64,000 nt of DNA from assembly GCA_043808175.1 (NCBI GenBank), contig JAZDFE010000028.1, positions 17,079 to 81,078 on the forward strand, read 5' to 3'. The notes beneath the pieces are model-generated. The model saw nothing but the letters and a program-made list of their open reading frames with translations, had not been told where the DNA came from and did not search any database. Shown one piece after another: positions 58,302-64,000 of the stretch. Source of the stretch: Candidatus Omnitrophota bacterium (GTDB lineage: Bacteria > Omnitrophota > Omnitrophia > Omnitrophales > Aquincolibacteriaceae). Both the position numbers and the translations under genes were made by a program. Each line of letters starts with the position of its first letter. Positions within the stretch are counted from its first letter, which is position 1.

Positions 58302-61300
58302 TTCGGAGCGGGTGGAGGGAGGCTGTTGTTCTTCGGCTTTGGCGCTATCATCGATCCGGCATTCGCACGAGGCTCTGCCAGAGCATTGATCAATGCATCG
58401 ATCCGCGCGGATCTTCCTGCGTCCAGGCGGTCCGCATTTTGTTCTTTGATTACACTCAAAGCCTGCCGGACCGTTGCCCCAAGAGCCTCTTGCCGTATCC
58501 GTATCAAGCTCAGAATGTCTTCCGACGTCCCACCGAGGAACCTCTGAAGATCCTGGGGGTCGATCGAAGCCACATCGCGTACGGCTTGAACCAGGAACTC
58601 AGGACTCATTTCACTCAACGCATCCAACACCAAGGGACCATCGAATGAGAACGGTGTACCGATCGGCTGGATCTCGGTGGCATTGGTCAGATCAAAAAGG
58701 GCATAGTAGCGGCGTCCGTCGATCCTGGACATGCCAACATTGTGATCCAGCTTGAAATCCGTAGCTCCGGTAAGCGCCAAGAACGCTAGGATCCTTTCAA
58801 TACCCGAGGTGCGCGACTCGACCAATTCCGGCAAAGTTAGTTCTTTCGCATCACGGGATAAAATGGCATTTATAAAACCCAGCTGATCGATGTCGTAGCC
58901 TAAGCCCATAATCTGGGCACTCCAATAACGTAAAAATTTTTCGGGCATCGATAGATCTTCTACGGAAGTCTCGGTCCAACGTGGGGTATTCACGCCTACA
59001 AGCGCTGCCAAACGGTATCCTCTTACTTCTTTCTCCATTTCACGCGGGTCATCCACTTTCAAATACCATTTTTCATTCGTAGTCCTGTCATTGACGTACC
59101 AAGCGTACTCGGGAACTCTTTTCAAAACCTCTAAATCGGCCGCTTTGGGAAACGCCGACGGTTGCTCGCCTGCCCGCGCTTCGGAGCGGGCTAAGAGTTG
59201 CTCGCCTTCCCTTCCTTCGGAGCGCTTGCCCTCAGCAGCTTTGGTAAAAGCAGCACTGGATTTCCGGATGATGACGTAATGGATGTCGCGATCTTCCAGC
59301 TTCCCGGCGCTGAAGGATTCGATCCCGGTCTCGGCTTGTTCTTCTGGAGAGCCCCTGACACTGCCTGAGATTGTCGGAACTTCACCCTGCGGATAAGCCA
59401 CCACCAAGATCCCGCCGGGTCTGACCTTGTCTCGAAAAATACCCGCCAGTGTTTGAGAAGAAAGAACGGCGCTCGGCACAACCACCCAAGCGGCCAGCCC
59501 CTCACTTTGCCCGAAATCTCCTTGTTCATTCATGACAAGACCGCCGGCAGCAGTATCAATTCCCAAGTCAAAACGTTCAGCAATTTCCTGAATACGGCTT
59601 GCCACCCAGGCCACGGTCGAAACACTTATTTGATCCGCTGCCTGCTGAGGTTTTCTTTTCGAACCAACAGTTTCCCACTCAACCTTGGGCCTTGGATGAA
59701 GCTGCATCCTGGTTTCTATGATTTCCCGGATCCGGGAAATACCTCCGTCCTCACTCCCCGCCACTCCCCTAACTTCGGAGCGGGCTTCGGGTCCTTGTTC
59801 CGCTGACCGCGCCGACGCACCGGACATGGGCGCGAAGTAAGCATCGAACTCTCTTTGTTCACGCTGGTAGTAGCCGGTGAATGCATCGCCGTAGGGTTTT
59901 CGGTAATTACGGATATCTAGCAGCGGCACCAGCTCCCCGGCAAAAGAATGGTCATCCGCGATCCGATGATCAAAAACCGTGGCCGTCGCGCCGGTATAGA
60001 AAAAACGCTCCCCTCCTTCAGATTGCCGAAGAATATTGATTTCCTCGGGAGTGAGTATTTCGGATAGAGACGGCATCGGACGGATAGAAATCGTCGTGAC
60101 CTGAGCTCCGTCGATACCGGTGAGCATTTCCTGGACACGGCTGGTCATGTATGGAACGGCTACGATCACTTTCGGCTGGAGAAGCCCCCACTTCCGGTAA
60201 TAATCCGCAACCGATTTAATCGTGTTGTTGAGCTGCTCACCGCTATACGCCGCATCGTCGACGATTAAAAACGTACCGATCCCCTGGTCGGCCATATTTT
60301 TGAGCGACTGGGTCATGGGTTCAGCCCGTCCCTGGAAATAGTTCGCCGCAGCGGCAGGCCTGCTTAACAAGGTTTGAAGCAGCGAATAGGTCCAGCGTCG
60401 CGATGAATGTGGCTTGTAGTCCCAAAGGGCCGCGTAGGGGCGGCCGTCTTTTTCGATTTCCTCGTTGATACGACCTGCAAGCTCACGCAGGCTGAAACGG
60501 AATTCCTCGAAAGTCACATGATGGAAAGCGCCGAGAAGCTTTTGCTTCACCGCAACGGCTTCGGGGCTTCCAGACATCTTCCAAACATCCGCCTTTCCCA
60601 TATCGAGCGCGACGGTACCCGGCTCGGGAACGTCCGTGGAGGGCAAAACAGACGGCGGCTCGCCTGCCCGCATTTCCGAGCGCTGTTTTCCAAGAACTTC
60701 CGTCGCTTCGGTTGGAACTTCGGGTTTTGCGGCAGGAGGTAGTACGGCTGGTCCTTCGGTACCTGGTACCGTTGCGGCCGCTTGCAATTTCAATATCGCT
60801 TTTTTCAGAGCTAGGATCGCTGCCTCAGATTCCTCTTTCGTGATCCTGTTTTGATCGGTCGTAAAAATGCAATCAATGATGCCTACAACTTCGAAGATCC
60901 TTTTTCCATTTTCAAAGCCAACTTCCCGAATAATGTAATTGCTTGGATTTTCATCCCAAAAGAGCAACTGCGGCTTTTTTCCCATGATATCACGGATCAT
61001 TTTTTCGATCTGATCGGCGACATCCTTTAACTCTTCATGGCTTAATCGATTGGCAACTTTATCAAGCGGAAGATCAGGGAACCATTCACGGACCACGGCA
61101 ACGGCTTTCCTGTCATTCGTCTGGATCTCCCCATACAATTTCGGGATGCCTTTCATTCCTTGGGTTATCCGCAAAACGGCCGCTTCGTCAGAAATATTTT
61201 CCGAGGATTTTCCCGGATCCAGGGTCCCGATAAGTCCTCCCACCATCTTGATCGCCACTTCTTGACCGTCCACTTTTCCATGATACGTATCTCCAAATGT

Positions 61301-63736
61301 CCGGCGATGAAAGAGATCCTTCTTAGGGTTCATGATGCCCAAGGCCGCCAAAATTTGTCTTTGATAATCGATGATGTCCTGCCCTTCCTTTTTCCATGGG
61401 TCGATTTTGCTAATGACACCACCTTTCGCATCAAAAGAGATGGTTCTTGTTTGACGCACCTCGGAGCGCACCGGTTTTGCCACCTCGGAGGTGGCAGAGC
61501 GGGTTGAGAAAAACGCTCCCATCGCCTGGGCAACCGTGGCGGCAAATTCAGCCGTAGGGACTCCCGCATTTGCCGCACCTACAGATACAAGATCCCGAAC
61601 GTCACTTTCGGCCTTAGCCGCCTCTGGTGCTTTGACTTCGCCTGCCTTAATCGCGTTCTGCGTTGTTTCCCCAACTTGTCCAAGCTGACCTGCTAATCGC
61701 ATCGCGAAAACCACTGCCGCAGGATTTGTAGTTGGTAAGGCTGTACCCGCCATGGTTCCAACGACGTCCCGGATCTGAAAAGGTGTCGCAAGAATTTTCC
61801 CAATGTCGAATGCAGATACCTGTGTTTGGATTTTCGTTGAAACAACCTTGTAAAAATTTTGTCCCGTTTTTTCGATCCGGATTTCCGCACGGACTGCCAT
61901 TTCAGACTTGTTAAATATTTGAACGGCATCCTCCACACTGCCAGCCTGCCCGACAGCGCCAATAGCCCGTAATTCGGACTTAAGACGGCCTGCCATGGCA
62001 GTTTTCCCGATCTGTGCCACTTGCACTGTCAGGGGCATCAATGGCGACGTAGTCTCCAAGTACGATAGTTCAAAAAGACTGGGTTTGTTTTGTAACATCA
62101 CGTTGCGATATAGGTTTTCGTTTGATTTTTCGCTGAGGCGCGGGGTGAGGGTGCCGTAGCTTATTTCATGTTCCCTTAGGAGTTCCGTGATCCCGTCCGT
62201 GTGGAAACCGCCGGTAATGAGCACCGCTTTGTTGAGCGACTCTTTCCGCATCACCGAATCGATCTTTTCGTAGAAAACGTCTTCGCGCTTCCGAGCCGCC
62301 TCGTAGAACCCGTAGGCCGCCGTCTGAACCCCTACCACTTCTCCACGGAATTTGGGATTGACCGGCTTTGTCTCGAAATTGGAAAGTGGCAAGCCGGACT
62401 CCTGACTTACCGCCGTTCCAATCTCCTTAAGTTCCGCGACGAGTGGATCCATCGCGAGTAGGTCTTTTTTTGCGAGGACCTCCTGCCAGTCCTTACGGGT
62501 CAATTCGAGGTTAAGGAGCTTACGGACCAATTCTTCGCTCCGGTACAGCTCCAGCAATTTTTTCTCGCGCTGGCTTACGGCCAGCTGATCCAGGATCCGC
62601 GTGAACAGGACCCTGATCTCGCCAAAAAGCCCTTTCGGGTCCATTTCGCTTTTGAGGATGAGATAACCGGCATAAAGACTGAAATGCGGATAATTGTAAA
62701 AATAAAAACCTTTAGGCCCTGCCTCGGTGACGAGTTGCTCCATCAGGTCGCGCGGCTCGACCGGTGCCGCCGCGCCGCCCCGAGTCCCTTGCAGCACGGT
62801 CACCTGCTGGTCCCGGAAATTCTCGATCGCTGTAATGAGGTTCGCCGAGACCCGTTTTTCTTTGAGGAATTTGATCAGTTGGTCCCGTTCCGCCAGGCCC
62901 TTTTGCATATCCAGTTCTTTTTCCATTGTCTGGAGCACTAGAAGCCGTGTGATCTGCGGCCACTCGATCTGAGAAAGCAGGCTTTCGAGGTCGATGCCGA
63001 GCACTCGCTTCGACTCGGCTGCGAGGCCTTTCACATAAGGCATGAACTCCCGATGCCCCGCTTCAAATTTTTTCCATTCCCCGAGAAGCTTCAGCAGGTC
63101 CTTCGAGAAAACCTTGGAAGCCAGCGACGAGAGCCGCCCCTCGAAACCGTTCAGATAACGCTTCACCGTCACTTCCGCGCCAAAGACTTTTTTGAGCGCT
63201 TCGTAGTTCTCGCGGTAAAGTCCCGCATCTTCGATCCCATGCGCCTTCGGTGTGCTCAACGCCTGTTTTCCTTCCGTTGCGCTGTCTTGTTCCATTAAAT
63301 ACAACTCCGCGCCCGTGAGTTCCCCTTGTTTCGCCAAAAATTCCGCAAGCTTCAGGTTCCGCTCCCGGTCCGGGAACATCTTGAGATAATCGGGATTAAG
63401 ATCTTCCGAAGCGCCTTCCACGAAGATCGTTTTCATCGCGTAATGCCTCTCTAAGTACTGCAGAAGCTCTTTAATCTTTTGCTGCGCTCCGTAATTGGCG
63501 TGCGCATTCTGAATGTGGAGAATGAGTTTAGGGTCTTGCCGCGGAGGCGCTTCATACAATCCGTCAAGCGTTGCGAGTTCTGAGGGGATATCGATCCTGA
63601 GAAAACTGGGCAATTCCCGGCTGACCGCGATCTCGATCCCGGCACCGGGATTTGCGAACGCGACCTGGGAAACAAGAAAAAATCCCATTGTCAGTAAACT
63701 GACCGCCCGAGTCATTATTTTCTTTTTAGTTTTCAT
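58286..63736 (-). CDS. Giant secreted multi-module protein (1816 aa): signal peptide, ChaN/Tiki-like, protein-kinase-like, PRTase-like, unassigned and HipA/PI-kinase-like modules, separated by RSExR linkers
   Basis: It is one uninterrupted ORF with the RBS GAGGAG before ATG 63736. The Sec signal peptide is MKTKKKIMTRAVSLLTMGFFLVSQVAFA. There are five in-frame RSExR motifs. Confidence 0.8.
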   Translation of the reverse strand: MKTKKKIMTRAVSLLTMGFFLVSQVAFANPGAGIEIAVSRELPSFLRIDIPSELATLDGLYEAPPRQDPKLILHIQNAHANYGAQQKIKELLQYLERHYAMKTIFVEGASEDLNPDYLKMFPDRERNLKLAEFLAKQGELTGAELYLMEQDSATEGKQALSTPKAHGIEDAGLYRENYEALKKVFGAEVTVKRYLNGFEGRLSSLASKVFSKDLLKLLGEWKKFEAGHREFMPYVKGLAAESKRVLGIDLESLLSQIEWPQITRLLVLQTMEKELDMQKGLAERDQLIKFLKEKRVSANLITAIENFRDQQVTVLQGTRGGAAAPVEPRDLMEQLVTEAGPKGFYFYNYPHFSLYAGYLILKSEMDPKGLFGEIRVLFTRILDQLAVSQREKKLLELYRSEELVRKLLNLELTRKDWQEVLAKKDLLAMDPLVAELKEIGTAVSQESGLPLSNFETKPVNPKFRGEVVGVQTAAYGFYEAARKREDVFYEKIDSVMRKESLNKAVLITGGFHTDGITELLREHEISYGTLTPRLSEKSNENLYRNVMLQNKPSLFELSYLETTSPLMPLTVQVAQIGKTAMAGRLKSELRAIGAVGQAGSVEDAVQIFNKSEMAVRAEIRIEKTGQNFYKVVSTKIQTQVSAFDIGKILATPFQIRDVVGTMAGTALPTTNPAAVVFAMRLAGQLGQVGETTQNAIKAGEVKAPEAAKAESDVRDLVSVGAANAGVPTAEFAATVAQAMGAFFSTRSATSEVAKPVRSEVRQTRTISFDAKGGVISKIDPWKKEGQDIIDYQRQILAALGIMNPKKDLFHRRTFGDTYHGKVDGQEVAIKMVGGLIGTLDPGKSSENISDEAAVLRITQGMKGIPKLYGEIQTNDRKAVAVVREWFPDLPLDKVANRLSHEELKDVADQIEKMIRDIMGKKPQLLFWDENPSNYIIREVGFENGKRIFEVVGIIDCIFTTDQNRITKEESEAAILALKKAILKLQAAATVPGTEGPAVLPPAAKPEVPTEATEVLGKQRSEMRAGEPPSVLPSTDVPEPGTVALDMGKADVWKMSGSPEAVAVKQKLLGAFHHVTFEEFRFSLRELAGRINEEIEKDGRPYAALWDYKPHSSRRWTYSLLQTLLSRPAAAANYFQGRAEPMTQSLKNMADQGIGTFLIVDDAAYSGEQLNNTIKSVADYYRKWGLLQPKVIVAVPYMTSRVQEMLTGIDGAQVTTISIRPMPSLSEILTPEEINILRQSEGGERFFYTGATATVFDHRIADDHSFAGELVPLLDIRNYRKPYGDAFTGYYQREQREFDAYFAPMSGASARSAEQGPEARSEVRGVAGSEDGGISRIREIIETRMQLHPRPKVEWETVGSKRKPQQAADQISVSTVAWVASRIQEIAERFDLGIDTAAGGLVMNEQGDFGQSEGLAAWVVVPSAVLSSQTLAGIFRDKVRPGGILVVAYPQGEVPTISGSVRGSPEEQAETGIESFSAGKLEDRDIHYVIIRKSSAAFTKAAEGKRSEGREGEQLLARSEARAGEQPSAFPKAADLEVLKRVPEYAWYVNDRTTNEKWYLKVDDPREMEKEVRGYRLAALVGVNTPRWTETSVEDLSMPEKFLRYWSAQIMGLGYDIDQLGFINAILSRDAKELTLPELVESRTSGIERILAFLALTGATDFKLDHNVGMSRIDGRRYYALFDLTNATEIQPIGTPFSFDGPLVLDALSEMSPEFLVQAVRDVASIDPQDLQRFLGGTSEDILSLIRIRQEALGATVRQALSVIKEQNADRLDAGRSARIDALINALAEPRANAGSMIAPKPKNNSLPPPAPKCECE
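58289..59173 (-). other. C-terminal HipA / PI3-PI4-kinase-like module
   Basis: WYLKV (Lys), EVRGYRLAALVGV and LTGATDFKLDHNVG...YYALFDL resemble the GxxDxHxxN...(A)YD/DFG layout. Confidence 0.4.
60230..60271 (-). other. Phosphoribosyltransferase-type PRPP-loop motif
   Basis: FLIVDDAAYSGEQL matches four hydrophobic residues, two acidic residues and xx(S/T)Gx(T/Q)L. I verified the codons on the minus strand. Confidence 0.5.
60842..61339 (-). other. Protein-kinase-like module
   Basis: VAIKM supplies the beta-3 Lys. WDENPSNYI has the D-x-x-P-x-N catalytic-loop pattern. IIDC is the DFG-equivalent Asp. They occur in the canonical order. Confidence 0.5.
62132..63529 (-). other. ChaN/Tiki/TraB-superfamily-like region (tentative)
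   Basis: ILHIQNAHANYGAQ...IFVEGAS near the start and VLITGGFHT near the end resemble the GxxH...E...GxxH layout of that superfamily. This is pattern-level similarity only. Confidence 0.3.
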
Positions 63737-64000
63737 ATCGCTCCTCTAAAAATCCAAAAAGCATTTCTAATTCCTTCGAAAGTCAAGAGTTACCAGCATC
63801 GAAATATGTCGAAAAAAACAGCTGCAATTTTCGAATTTATATTTTTATTAAATGTACTTATTTAATCGCTAAAGCTATATTTTGCAATACGCTGTATCTC
63901 CTTATATCTAAAAAGTAGCTTATGGGCATTATTTTGTCAACATGGATATATTATATTTATAATATTTCGTAACTATATGTAATTAAACAAGTTAAGACAA

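Noticed and set aside
58302-58360. A canonical -1 programmed frameshift signal (X-XXY-YYZ heptamer plus downstream stem-loop) at the giant-gene junction.
   Set aside because: There is no canonical heptamer in the upstream frame. Only an A-AAG tetranucleotide and a weak, bulged hairpin are present. The frame relationship is reported as a finding, but a programmed signal is not claimed.
1-64000. Scan for rRNA, tRNA, CRISPR arrays, transposases, integrases and phage genes.
   Set aside because: None were recognised. The intergenic gaps are short. The only repeated DNA I saw is the three-copy palindromic element and the short in-gene tandem repeats in rng.

Overview
The window is a 64 kb chromosomal segment of about 50 percent GC. 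It probably comes from an uncultivated diderm bacterium, because it encodes Mla, Lol, AsmA-like proteins and a PilQ secretin. A placement near Omnitrophota or the PVC group is only a stylistic guess. All function calls are my own motif reading of the supplied ORF translations; no searches were run.

Gene layout: I call 55 protein-coding genes. Fifty-four sit on the minus strand, tightly packed or overlapping, and the only plus-strand gene is a GT2 glycosyltransferase.

Contents from left to right:
- Housekeeping genes: metG (partial), holB, tmk, cysS, ispDF, a PIN/TRAM protein, mlaFED, clpC with mcsA and mcsB, ilvE, lolCD and lysS.
- An orphan type II KS/CLF lipid or polyketide-like operon. 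It encodes a methyltransferase, two hotdog-fold proteins, a long ACP, an AcpS-type PPTase, an inactive KS partner, an active KS and a terminal thioester reductase.
- def, an ACT-domain protein, asmA, cca, rmuC and rng.
- A type IV pilus locus: pilMNOPQ, a pilin with its own promoter and terminator, pilC, two tandem PilB/GspE ATPases and a standalone MshEN-type domain.
- An Endo III-like protein, thpR, cinA, a pgsA-pgpA fusion and rimO.
- Two overlapping giant genes of 1816 aa and 2203 aa, together about 12 kb.

Most unusual signal: each giant protein is a chain of unrelated enzyme-like modules.
- The 1816-aa protein has a Sec signal peptide, a ChaN/Tiki-like region, a protein-kinase-like module, a PRTase-like module and a HipA/PI-kinase-like module.
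- The 2203-aa protein has a TM anchor, an SLT-like module, a GGDEF domain, a degenerate GGDEF, an HD-GYP-like domain and several unassignable modules.
- The modules are separated by a recurring pentapeptide, R-S-E-x-R. It occurs 11 times in frame. A 12th copy straddles the gene junction in the downstream frame.
- I read this as a candidate polyprotein or effector-array architecture that has not been described. The function of the motif is inference only.

Other observations: three copies of a palindromic intergenic element, two intrinsic terminators, and an abrupt AT-rich segment at the right edge. I saw no rRNA, tRNA, CRISPR array or transposase.
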